Source: Actinomycetota bacterium | GTDB taxonomy: Bacteria; Actinomycetota; Actinomycetes; Nanopelagicales; Nanopelagicaceae | Assembly (NCBI GenBank): GCA_947372165.1 | Contig: CANBSP010000003.1 | Coordinates: 31,230 to 95,229, forward strand | Length of the DNA: 64,000 nucleotides | Direction: 5' to 3' | Part shown: positions 21,332-31,937 of the stretch, in pieces | How positions within the stretch are numbered: position 1 is the first letter of the stretch | How the letters are laid out: each line of letters starts with the position of its first letter | Program-made: the position numbers and the translations under genes | The notes under the pieces: model-generated | What the model was told of the DNA's origin: nothing | Seen by the model: only the letters and a program-made list of their open reading frames with translations | The model's database searches: none

Positions 21332-21349
21332 TCAGAGGGTTCCCTCTGA
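21332..21349. promoter_or_regulatory. Operator-like inverted repeat tcagaggg-tt-ccctctga upstream of the sugar ABC ATPase
   Basis: Perfect 8-bp arms around a 2-nt centre, 50-67 nt upstream of ATG 21282. A second 6-6-6 inverted repeat (cgggca-ggtacg-tgcccg) lies at 21295-21312. Confidence 0.3.
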
Positions 21350-21410
21350 GTGGCCCAACTCTAGGCGGGAATCACCCGTGGAGTCCAGATTTCCACCCGA
21401 TCCGCCACCT

Positions 21411-21464
21411 GTGTGCCCCATGTGCCTTGTGTGCCCCATGTTCCTTGTGTGCCTCATGTGTTGG
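21411..21464. repeat. 18-bp tandem repeat x3 (gtgtgccccatgtgcctt / gtgtgccccatgttcctt / gtgtgcctcatgtgttgg)
   Basis: Read directly from the sequence. Copies 1 and 2 differ at 1 position. Copy 3 differs from copy 1 at 4 positions. Intergenic, upstream of the groEL promoter and CIRCE. Confidence 0.85.
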
Positions 21465-21477
21465 GCCGGACCACGAT

Positions 21478-21506
21478 TTGAGGGCACTGCCCCCTTGGGC
21501 TAGATT
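21478..21506 (+). promoter_or_regulatory. Candidate groEL promoter TTGAGG-17 nt-TAGATT
   Basis: The -35-like hexamer is at 21478-21483 and the -10-like hexamer at 21501-21506. The predicted start falls at the left edge of CIRCE, the classical arrangement. Confidence 0.45.
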
Positions 21507-21511
21507 TGGCT

Positions 21512-21538
21512 TTAGCACTCTAGGTGGCCGAGTGATAA
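21512..21538. promoter_or_regulatory. CIRCE operator (HrcA binding site)
   Basis: TTAGCACTC-N9-GAGTGATAA compared with the consensus TTAGCACTC-N9-GAGTGCTAA (1 mismatch). It ends 61 nt upstream of the groEL ATG. Confidence 0.85.
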
Positions 21539-21572
21539 TTCCCGGCCCGGCAGGGTGAAGAGCAAGACCTAA

Positions 21573-23216
<1,644 letters not shown>

Positions 23217-23233
23217 TCCCTCGCAGATTTATC

Positions 23234-23261
23234 AGCCCCCGAGAAATCGGGGGCTTTTTTC
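23234..23261 (+). terminator. Intrinsic terminator after groEL
   Basis: agcccccga-gaaa-tcgggggct followed by a T-run (ttttttctt). Confidence 0.85.
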
Positions 23262-23267
23262 TTGCAG

Positions 23268-23273
23268 TAAGGT
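23268..23273 (+). promoter_or_regulatory. -10-like hexamer TAAGGT, 6 nt upstream of ATG 23280 (candidate leaderless promoter)
   Basis: TANNNT, then the 6-nt spacer tctcgt, then ATG. No Shine-Dalgarno sequence. Confidence 0.35.
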
Positions 23274-23279
23274 TCTCGT

Positions 23280-23957
23280 ATGGCAACGATCAATGACATC
23301 TACGGCGCAGCCGAGCAAGCCCGCGCTGCCGCTATTGAGGATGCGAATAACTCTGCCTTCGTCGGGGATCTCTTCTCGGTCGATACAGATGATCGAATCG
23401 CCACCTATCTCTTTGAAGCATCACTTCCTGGTTATCATGGTTGGCGTTGGGCAGTAACTGTTGCAAAGGTAGATGATCAATCACCTACGACCATCTGCGA
23501 TGTTGTACTTCTCCCTGGATCGGAATCACTTCTCGCACCCGAGTGGGTTCCTTACAAGGATCGTATTCAGCCAGGAGATGTTGGCGTTGGCGACATCATC
23601 CCAACATCTGCAGACGACGAACGACTCGTACCAGGATTCGCATCGCTCCCATCTGATGAAGAACTTGATCCAGCGCAACTCTTCGAATTTGGATTAGGTC
23701 GCGCTCGCGTCCTCTCGATCGTTGGTCGCGATGCAGCAAGTAAGCGTTGGTATGAAGGCGATCGTGGGCCAAATACTCCCATCGCTCAATATGCCCCAAA
23801 GCCATGTTCGGGCTGCGCCTTCTTCCTTCCGATCGCTGGATCGCTCCGATCCGCCTTTGGAGTCTGCGCTAATGCGCTCTCACCCGAGGATGCCCGCGTA
23901 GTGTCGGTTGATCATGGCTGCGGAGCCCACTCTGAGGCACTCGTCGTCACTGAATAA
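23280..23957 (+). CDS. DUF3027-like protein (conserved actinobacterial, Cys-rich C-terminal half)
   Basis: C-terminal CSGCAFF...GVCAN...HGCGAHSE cysteine pattern, and its position next to a cold-shock gene. The family name is recalled, not searched. Confidence 0.55.
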   Translation: MATINDIYGAAEQARAAAIEDANNSAFVGDLFSVDTDDRIATYLFEASLPGYHGWRWAVTVAKVDDQSPTTICDVVLLPGSESLLAPEWVPYKDRIQPGDVGVGDIIPTSADDERLVPGFASLPSDEELDPAQLFEFGLGRARVLSIVGRDAASKRWYEGDRGPNTPIAQYAPKPCSGCAFFLPIAGSLRSAFGVCANALSPEDARVVSVDHGCGAHSEALVVTE

Positions 23958-23987
23958 TCAGTTAAACTATCGCTCTTGCAGTAACCG

Positions 23988-24037
23988 CTAGATGACCCTA
24001 GTTGACCCTAGAAGAATCTAGATGACCCTAAGTGAAA
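23988..24037. repeat. 10-bp phased array: ctagatgacc ctagttgacc ctagaagaat ctagatgacc ctaagtgaaa
   Basis: Four CTAG and one CTAA spaced exactly 10 bp apart. Units 1 and 4 are identical. The array ends at the AAGGAG Shine-Dalgarno sequence of the cold-shock gene. Confidence 0.8.
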
Positions 24038-24047
24038 GGAGTAGCCG

Positions 24048-24431
24048 ATGCCTATTGGCCGCGTTAAATGGTTTAGCCTTGAAAAAGGTTTTGGATTTAT
24101 CTCCTCTGAAGAGGGTGAAGATGTCTACTTGGCCACTGATGCTCTCCCTGCCGGCGTTACAACGGTAAAGCCTGGTACCAAGCTCGAGTTCGGTGTAGCT
24201 GAAGGCCGTAAAGGTCCACAGGCACTCTCGGTTCGCATCATCGACGAACCGGCATCAGTGGTTGCAAATACTCGCATCAAAGCCGATGATCTTGCGACAA
24301 TTATTGAAGACACCATCAAGATGCTCGACAAGGTTGGAAATGGTCTTCGTCATGGCCGCCATCCATCAGGGCCTGATGCAGAACGTCTAAGCCGCGTCCT
24401 TAAAGGAATTGCAGCACAGATCGAGGGATAG
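24048..24431 (+). CDS. Cold-shock domain protein with a ~60-aa C-terminal extension
   Basis: GRVKWFSLEKGFGFISSEEGEDVYL is an N-terminal CSD with the KGFGFI RNP1 motif. At 127 aa it is comparable to the long mycobacterial CspB-type proteins. Confidence 0.85.
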   Translation: MPIGRVKWFSLEKGFGFISSEEGEDVYLATDALPAGVTTVKPGTKLEFGVAEGRKGPQALSVRIIDEPASVVANTRIKADDLATIIEDTIKMLDKVGNGLRHGRHPSGPDAERLSRVLKGIAAQIEG

Positions 24432-24623
24432 TTAATTCCTCCCTTTGTCGTGGGCCTCTCTGCGTAAACGTCTCACTGAGTAGCGCAGACCTAACGCCCC
24501 CATGGCGATACCGCTGATACAGATCCAGAGTGAGGTGCTTGGGGCGCTTCGAGCGATCTCGATAACAAGAGCAACGACCCATAGGACTATCCCACTGATC
24601 AAGATCACGACCGTCTGTCTCAT
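24432..24623 (-). CDS. Small 2-TM membrane protein (possibly DUF2530-like)
   Basis: 63 aa with two hydrophobic helices and a basic tail. ATG is preceded by TAGACT-N6. Its stop abuts the cold-shock gene stop. Confidence 0.5.
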   Translation of the reverse strand: MRQTVVILISGIVLWVVALVIEIARSAPSTSLWICISGIAMGALGLRYSVRRLRREAHDKGRN

Positions 24624-24628
24624 GCTGA

Positions 24629-24650
24629 AAGTCTAGCCATGACTAGACTT
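24629..24650. promoter_or_regulatory. Perfect palindrome aagtctag-ccatga-ctagactt providing mirror-image TAGACT -10 boxes for both divergent genes
   Basis: 8-bp arms with a 6-bp spacer inside a 32-bp intergenic region. TAGACT (24644-24649) is followed by 6 nt and GTG 24656. On the other strand, TAGACT (24635-24630) is followed by 6 nt and ATG 24623. Confidence 0.5.
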
Positions 24651-24655
24651 ATTCG

Positions 24656-25924
24656 GTGGCGTTACAAGTGAAAGAAACGGGATCCCTTCGATCCTTCCGC
24701 CATCGAAATTTTAGACTCCTCTTCGCCTCAAACCTGATCTCAAATATCGGTTCGTGGGCACAGCGCATTGCGCAAGATTGGCTCGTTCTCGAATTAACAC
24801 ATAGTGGTCGCGATCTCGGATTAGTTACCGGGTTGCAGTTCTTGCCTTCGCTGATTTTCTCTATGTATGCCGGTTCACTTGCAGACCGAATGAGCAAGCG
24901 GAAATTACTCTTAATCACCAACGCTGGCGGGGGATTGACCTCGCTCATTCTCGGATTACTTGTCATCACCCATCACGTACAGATCTGGCATGTCTTCGTC
25001 CTGGCCTTCTTCCTCGGCCTCTTCGGCGCACTCGATGCACCAGTCCGGCAAGCTTTTACCTCGGAGATGGTTGGTAAGAGTGATCTCGCAAATGCGGTGA
25101 GCCTGAACTCGGCGAATTTCAATGCTGGACGCCTCATTGGACCAGGAATATCGGGCCTGCTTATCGCGGCATTCCATACCGGGCCATCATTTCTACTCAA
25201 TGCCGCCTCGTACATCTTTGTGATCGGCTCGTTGCTTGCGATTAGAGAATCCGATCTCTTTCTCGAGAGTGGGCCCAAGAGTTCGGCAAAGGCGATCGAA
25301 GCAATTCGCTATGTCCGAGCTCGGCCAGACATCATCGCGGTGATGATTACCGTCTTCTTCGCTGGCACATTTGGTTTAAATTTCCAGATTTATAACGCAC
25401 TGATGGCCACTCAGATTTTTCATAAGGGCCCAGCTTCGTACGGACTCCTTGGCACCATCATTGCGATCGGTTCATTGAGCGCTGCCATTCTCGCAGCGCG
25501 GCTCGATACTCGGCGCGGTGTTCGATTTATCTTGCGCTTTGCATCAATCTTCGGTGGCACTCTTGTACTTGCCTCACTCGCACCGTCATATCTGCTCTAT
25601 GCCGCGGCGCTACCTATTGTTGGCATGATCGCGCTCACCACGATGATTTCAGCCAACTCCTATATTCAAGGACATACTGACCCGGCTATTCGAGGACGGG
25701 TTATGGGGATTTATTTAATGGTCTTCATGGGCGGGACACCATTTGGTTCACCGCTGATTGGTTGGCTCTGTACTCAGATTGGCGTGCGTCAAAGTATTGC
25801 GCTCTGCGGGTTATTGACCAGCATCGCTCCGATCACTGTATTTCTTCTGATGCGCGATCGATTAATCGCGCCAGCAAGTATTAAAGTCGACGATGTTTTA
25901 GAGACTTTTTACGAGAACAAGTAA
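24656..25924 (+). CDS. MFS transporter
   Basis: 422 aa with about 12 TM segments. The N-terminus FRHRNFRLLFASNLISNIGSWAQRIAQDWLVL is typical of an actinobacterial MFS subfamily. GTG start. Confidence 0.85.
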   Translation: MALQVKETGSLRSFRHRNFRLLFASNLISNIGSWAQRIAQDWLVLELTHSGRDLGLVTGLQFLPSLIFSMYAGSLADRMSKRKLLLITNAGGGLTSLILGLLVITHHVQIWHVFVLAFFLGLFGALDAPVRQAFTSEMVGKSDLANAVSLNSANFNAGRLIGPGISGLLIAAFHTGPSFLLNAASYIFVIGSLLAIRESDLFLESGPKSSAKAIEAIRYVRARPDIIAVMITVFFAGTFGLNFQIYNALMATQIFHKGPASYGLLGTIIAIGSLSAAILAARLDTRRGVRFILRFASIFGGTLVLASLAPSYLLYAAALPIVGMIALTTMISANSYIQGHTDPAIRGRVMGIYLMVFMGGTPFGSPLIGWLCTQIGVRQSIALCGLLTSIAPITVFLLMRDRLIAPASIKVDDVLETFYENK

Positions 25925-25986
25925 GCAGAGACCAACAAGCACACCAAGTGTGACAAGCCGGCGAACCTTGTAGCTCAAATCAACTC

Positions 25987-27120
<1,134 letters not shown>

Positions 27121-27157
27121 TCAATAACGGATTCTGCAATCCCACTCTTACTCAGAG

Positions 27158-27829
27158 TTAGGGATAGAAGCGTTTAATGGCCCAACCCTCATTGGTTGCG
27201 ATGTAACGAACTCGGTCGTGTAACCGTGAGTATCGTCCCTGCCAGAGTTCAATCGTAGTTGGTCGGACGAGATAACCGCCCCAATGCGGCGGCCGTGGTA
27301 CAGCCCCACCTTCAGGGTAGGTCTTCGCCCACTCGTTGTAGCCCGCTTCCAGCGCCTCTCGATTGTCGAGTTCGCTCGATTGAGCCGAGGCCCACGCGCC
27401 AATCTGGCTGCCCCAAGGTCTGGTGGCGAAGTACTCATCACTTGCCGCAGTCGGCAGTTTTTCGACGACTCCCTGGACGATGACTTGGCGTTCGAGCGCA
27501 AACCATGGGAAGAGCAAGGAGACCTGGTTATGTGAAGCCATCTCGCGAGCTTTGCGGGATTCGTAATTGGTGAAGAAGGAGAAGCCAGAGGCGGTGACAT
27601 CCTTGAGGAGAACAGTTCGAGAGGAGATCTGATCGCCATCTGAAGTTGAGAGGACCATGGCATTTGCCTCGACGATCATTGGATTGGCAGCTGCCTCAAT
27701 GAGCCAACTCGTGAATTGGGCGATCGGGTCGCCGGCCACTTCGGCCAGACCGACCTCACCATAGGACCTGCGCATCGCCCGGACAGCGGCGCGAATCTCC
27801 TCGGGAGTGCTCTGATCTGGTGTGCTCAT
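27158..27829 (-). CDS. pdxH: Pyridoxamine 5'-phosphate oxidase
   Basis: ORF 27158..27955 trimmed to ATG 27829 (MSTPDQSTPEEIR...). The motifs VLLKDV..GFSFFTNYESRK, RPPHWGGY and RLHDRVRY are present. Confidence 0.88.
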   Translation of the reverse strand: MSTPDQSTPEEIRAAVRAMRRSYGEVGLAEVAGDPIAQFTSWLIEAAANPMIVEANAMVLSTSDGDQISSRTVLLKDVTASGFSFFTNYESRKAREMASHNQVSLLFPWFALERQVIVQGVVEKLPTAASDEYFATRPWGSQIGAWASAQSSELDNREALEAGYNEWAKTYPEGGAVPRPPHWGGYLVRPTTIELWQGRYSRLHDRVRYIATNEGWAIKRFYP

Positions 27830-27978
27830 AGATGTATCTAACTTCACTTTCCCCACGCGGGCTAGTTGGGCCTGCTCGCTTGCGTACGGCTGGCGGCAGT
27901 GCCAACCTAGGGGAAGGTAACCGCGACTGACCATCACAGATGGTGAGGAACGCACGTGCAGGAAGATGGAGAATCTCG

Positions 27979-29094
27979 ATGTCAGATGATTTCAAGCCTG
28001 GTCTAGAAGGCGTCATTGCCTTTGAATCAACGATCGCCGAACCCGATAAAGAGGGCAGTGCCCTTCGTTACCGTGGCGTCGATATCGAAGATCTCGTTGG
28101 CCGCATCAGTTTCGGAAATGTCTGGGGCCTTTTGGTCGATGACCAATTCAATCCAGGACTTCCACCAGCCGAACCATTCCCACTTCCCGTGCACTCTGGT
28201 GATATTCGCGTAGATGTTCAATCTGCAATTGCGATGCTTGCACCAGCATGGGGCTTCAAGCCACTTCTCGATATTAGTGATGAAGAAGCTCGGAGCAATC
28301 TTGCGCGCGCATCTGTCATGGTGCTCTCTTATGTTGCACAAGCAGCTCGCGGCCAGATCTTGCCACCTGTTCCACAATCTGAAATTGATAAGGCGCATAC
28401 CGTTGTAGAGCGCATGATGATCCGTTGGCGCGGCGAGCCTGATCCACTTCACGTTCGTGCGATCGATGCGTACTTCTCATCAGCTGCCGAACACGGCATG
28501 AATGCATCAACTTTCACAGCCCGCGTTATCGCATCGACTGGTGCAGATGTTGCTGCAGCACTCTCTGGTGCAATCGGCGCAATGTCAGGACCGCTTCACG
28601 GTGGTGCGCCATCTCGCGTCCTTGGCATGATTGAAGATGTTGAGAAGATGGGCGATGCACGTGCCTATGTAAAGGGCATCATGGATCGCGGCGAACGTCT
28701 CATGGGCTTTGGTCACCGCGTCTATCGCGCAGAAGATCCACGTGCACGTACCTTGCGTCGCACAGCCAAGGAGCTCGGAGCTCCTCGTTATGAAGTAGCT
28801 GTTGCTCTTGAACAAGCTGCACTCGCAGAATTGCATGAACGCCATCCAGAGCGTGTGCTTGAGACCAACGTTGAATTCTGGGCAGCGATCGTCTTGGACT
28901 TCGCAGAGGTTCCTGGCCCAATGTTCACATCGATGTTCACCGCTGCGCGTACTGCTGGCTGGTCGGCACATATCCTTGAGCAGAAGCAGACTGGTCGCTT
29001 GGTGCGCCCATCAGCTCGCTACATCGGACATGGCCCACGCAAGCCTGATTCAGTCGCTGGTTTTGATGCAGCAGTAGAGGCGCTTCACTCCTAA
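27979..29094 (+). CDS. citA: Citrate synthase family protein (short CitA type)
   Basis: ORF trimmed to ATG 27979 (a GGAG lies 7 nt upstream). GPLHGGAPS and GFGHRVY catalytic motifs. Confidence 0.85.
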   Translation: MSDDFKPGLEGVIAFESTIAEPDKEGSALRYRGVDIEDLVGRISFGNVWGLLVDDQFNPGLPPAEPFPLPVHSGDIRVDVQSAIAMLAPAWGFKPLLDISDEEARSNLARASVMVLSYVAQAARGQILPPVPQSEIDKAHTVVERMMIRWRGEPDPLHVRAIDAYFSSAAEHGMNASTFTARVIASTGADVAAALSGAIGAMSGPLHGGAPSRVLGMIEDVEKMGDARAYVKGIMDRGERLMGFGHRVYRAEDPRARTLRRTAKELGAPRYEVAVALEQAALAELHERHPERVLETNVEFWAAIVLDFAEVPGPMFTSMFTAARTAGWSAHILEQKQTGRLVRPSARYIGHGPRKPDSVAGFDAAVEALHS

Positions 29095-29148
29095 AAGCTC
29101 TTTACTCTCTCATCTTGCACAATCGTGGGCGGGTGAGAGGATTGCCTC

Positions 29149-30507
29149 ATGCGCCGTTCAATCATCTGGTTTCGACGTGATCTGCGAATTGCCGATCACC
29201 CTGCACTCAATGCGGCGATCGCTTCAAGTGATGAAGTCATTCCACTCTTCATCATTGAGCCAAATCTAGAGAAGCGCACTGGCGCAAAGCCCCTGGCATA
29301 CCTCGGCGCATCTCTTCGCGAACTCGATCGCTCGCTCGGTAATTCGTTGCATATCGTTGCGGGGGATCCCGTCACGATTCTTAAAGATTTGATGGCACGT
29401 TATGACGCAACCGAAGTTCATATCTCTGAGAGCTTTGACCCCGAGGGTCAGGCGCGTGATCTAGCAATTGAGGAATCTGGCATCACCTTGATTCGCACAG
29501 GTGGCCCCTATGCAGTGGCACCAGGAAGAGTTCGCAAGCCAAGTGACGGAACTCCGTATCGGGTTTACACGCCTTTCTACAAAGCCTGGTTAGTGCATGG
29601 GTGGCGAGATCCTGCCCCTACACCTTCGAAAATTCCAACAGTGAGACCTGGATCTGCTGATCGCAACTTCCCACAGTGGGAAGTTCCAGCAGGCACTCTT
29701 CTCACCCCAGCCGGTGAAGATGCTGCACACGAACGGTGGGAGTTCTTTAAAGAGAATCTCCTTGATTCCTATGATGAGAGTCGCAACCTCGCTGGAATTG
29801 ATGGCACAAGCAAATTAAGTGCTCATCTAAATTGGGGCGAGATCCATCCCCGGACACTTCTGGCCGAACTCGGAGGCAGTAAAGCGCACGATACCTATCG
29901 AAAAGAGCTGGCCTGGCGCGAGTTCTATGGCGATGTCCTTCACCACAATCCTCATACAGTGCATGATTACTACGCGCCACAATTTGCAGCGATGCGCTAC
30001 GACGAACCCGGTGAGAAATTCCAAGCGTGGTGTGAAGGTCGCACAGGCTTTCCCTTTGTCGATGCTGCAATGCGCCAACTAGTACTCGAGGGCTGGATGC
30101 ATAATCGCACTCGCATGGTCGTCGCCTCCTTCCTCGTCAAAGACCTCCATTTGGAGTGGCAGTTAGGCGCAGACTTCTTCGAAGAGCACCTCTTAGATTT
30201 CGACGTCGCCTCTAATGCCCACGGTTGGCAGTGGACGGCTGGTACCGGAACCGATGCCTCTCCTTACTACCGAGTCTTCAACCCCATTGAGCAAGGCAAA
30301 CGCTTTGATGAGAATGGTGATTACATCCGAAAGTACATCCCGGAATTACGCCATCTTGCTGCGCCAGATATTCATGAACCATGGAATGTGCTCGATGGTT
30401 ACCTTCACGACTATCCAACACAGATTGTCGATCATGCTAAAGAACGCATCGAATCACTCGGTCGGTTAGATGAGATAAAGGCGAGAAAACCCGAGAAGCC
30501 TGAGTAA
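29149..30507 (+). CDS. phr: Deoxyribodipyrimidine photolyase (cryptochrome/photolyase family)
   Basis: IIWFRRDLRIADHPAL N-terminus and the FAD-domain motif HGWQWTAGTGTDASPYYRVFNP. Confidence 0.9.
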   Translation: MRRSIIWFRRDLRIADHPALNAAIASSDEVIPLFIIEPNLEKRTGAKPLAYLGASLRELDRSLGNSLHIVAGDPVTILKDLMARYDATEVHISESFDPEGQARDLAIEESGITLIRTGGPYAVAPGRVRKPSDGTPYRVYTPFYKAWLVHGWRDPAPTPSKIPTVRPGSADRNFPQWEVPAGTLLTPAGEDAAHERWEFFKENLLDSYDESRNLAGIDGTSKLSAHLNWGEIHPRTLLAELGGSKAHDTYRKELAWREFYGDVLHHNPHTVHDYYAPQFAAMRYDEPGEKFQAWCEGRTGFPFVDAAMRQLVLEGWMHNRTRMVVASFLVKDLHLEWQLGADFFEEHLLDFDVASNAHGWQWTAGTGTDASPYYRVFNPIEQGKRFDENGDYIRKYIPELRHLAAPDIHEPWNVLDGYLHDYPTQIVDHAKERIESLGRLDEIKARKPEKPE

Positions 30508-30509
30508 AG

Positions 30510-31898
30510 CTAACCTCCTGCGAGAACTATCCCCGCGCCACTTCGTTTAGCCTCATACATTGCAGCATCTGCTCGCTTGAGGAGATCACCCTTCCCATCA
30601 CTGCGTACCCGGCCAATACTCACGCCAACGCTGGCACTCCCACTCGAGAGGGCGACGGGATAACTCAGTGAAGATCGCAGCGCCTGTGCAACTTCGATTC
30701 CATACCTCTCTGCGCCATAAATGATTACTCCAAACTCATCGCCACCCAATCGGGCTAGGAGCGCGCCATGGCTCAAGACTCTCGTAAAACGAAGTGCGAT
30801 CTCCTTTAAGAGGTAATCGCCAACGTCGTGGCCCATCGAGTCATTCACTTTCTTAAAGCCATCAAGATCCAAAAGGAGCAATGTTCCTTCCTTGCGATGT
30901 AAGAGATCGATTTCAGCGAGAAAACGTCGACGGTTGGCCAGACCAGTGAGTTCATCGATTCGGGCGAGTTCGCGATCGCTATCTGCCGATCTCGCCTCTC
31001 GAAGAGCAACGGACATCCGCAGAAAGGCGAGCGCGATCGTCATCAAAGCTGGAATGAGTGCAAAGACCGGAAAATAATGTGGATGCACGGCGGCAATAGC
31101 GAGAATGGCTGCGCTAGCAATGAGTGCGAGAGTCGCGCCAAGAGAGGTGAGACGGTCCGACAATTTTCCATCCCCGCCCGGGTGCCAGAGTGATTCTGCG
31201 ATCACAAGCAGGCTCAGAATCCAGCCATCATCGACCAGTGAGGCGAAGGGATAGCCCGATGTGGATGACTTCCAGAGAAAGTAGAGATCAGTCGCAGCGA
31301 AGAGTGAGATTCCAACAAGCATGATGATGGATCGAATTGCTTTTGGTTGCACGATTGCTGCTATCAATGCAACAGCGACCAGGACGCAATCACCGATGGG
31401 GTAGAGGATGGAGAGGAAGACCGAGAAGGGGGTTCCGCTCAATGCGATCATCGCTGGACGCAGGAGAAGAGTGGCTAGGAGAGTTGATATTCCAAAGGCG
31501 ATGATAATGACATCGAGAAGTTCGAGCGGACTCACCTTTCGTTTCGCTGAAAGTGCGCGAATCATGCCAAAGAGAATAAGCGGATAGAAGAGGGCATAAG
31601 CAATATTTGTGATGCTTGTCCAGATATGGAATGAGATGAACGAGTTCCATGAAGAGAGTGAGGATCCGACCGCCCACATTCCCATGGCAGCGCCGAGTGA
31701 GAGAGTAGCAAGTCGATCATTAAAGAGTGGGGCGTAATAAGCGGAGAGTGCAGCACTTACTGCTACTGCATTGAAGAGAAGGAGATCAGAGAAGAGAGTT
31801 GGTTGAGGATGAACTATGCGAACTCCCAGGTGAATAAGGAGTAATCCTGCTGCAACAAGGCGCAAGGTGAGATATCTTCGTGCCGTGCCGATTGCCAC
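30510..31898 (-). CDS. Membrane-bound diguanylate cyclase (about 10 TM helices plus a C-terminal GGDEF domain, no RxxD I-site seen)
   Basis: DELTGLANRR, LDLDGFKKVND, LGGDEFGV, YEAKRSG. ORF 30510..32048 trimmed to GTG 31898, which is preceded on its own strand by TACGCT-N6. TTG alternatives lie downstream. Confidence 0.85.
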   Translation of the reverse strand: MAIGTARRYLTLRLVAAGLLLIHLGVRIVHPQPTLFSDLLLFNAVAVSAALSAYYAPLFNDRLATLSLGAAMGMWAVGSSLSSWNSFISFHIWTSITNIAYALFYPLILFGMIRALSAKRKVSPLELLDVIIIAFGISTLLATLLLRPAMIALSGTPFSVFLSILYPIGDCVLVAVALIAAIVQPKAIRSIIMLVGISLFAATDLYFLWKSSTSGYPFASLVDDGWILSLLVIAESLWHPGGDGKLSDRLTSLGATLALIASAAILAIAAVHPHYFPVFALIPALMTIALAFLRMSVALREARSADSDRELARIDELTGLANRRRFLAEIDLLHRKEGTLLLLDLDGFKKVNDSMGHDVGDYLLKEIALRFTRVLSHGALLARLGGDEFGVIIYGAERYGIEVAQALRSSLSYPVALSSGSASVGVSIGRVRSDGKGDLLKRADAAMYEAKRSGAGIVLAGG

Positions 31899-31904
31899 AT
31901 GGCG

Positions 31905-31910
31905 AGCGTA
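31905..31910 (-). promoter_or_regulatory. -10-like hexamer TACGCT, 6 nt upstream of GTG 31898 (candidate leaderless promoter of the GGDEF gene)
   Basis: The minus strand reads TACGCT-cgccat-GTG. Confidence 0.3.
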
Positions 31911-31937
31911 ACCCAGAGCAGAGAGATTGGTAAGAAG

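Noticed and set aside
21228-21558. Two overlapping ORFs (91 aa and 77 aa) whose translations contain Cys-rich hexapeptide repeats (PVCPMC LVCPMF...; LCAPCA LCAPCS LCASCV). I briefly considered a metallothionein-like or RiPP precursor peptide.
   Set aside because: The Cys repeats are simply the 18-bp DNA repeat read in two frames. Neither ORF has a Shine-Dalgarno sequence or a -10-N6 start context. One begins inside the msiK coding region, and both run through the groEL promoter, one of them also across CIRCE. There are no maturation or transport genes nearby.
27148-27663. 171-aa ORF on the same strand as pdxH in another frame
   Set aside because: It overlaps the well-supported pdxH frame throughout. 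The translation is Ser/Arg/Pro-rich low complexity. There is no independent start signal.
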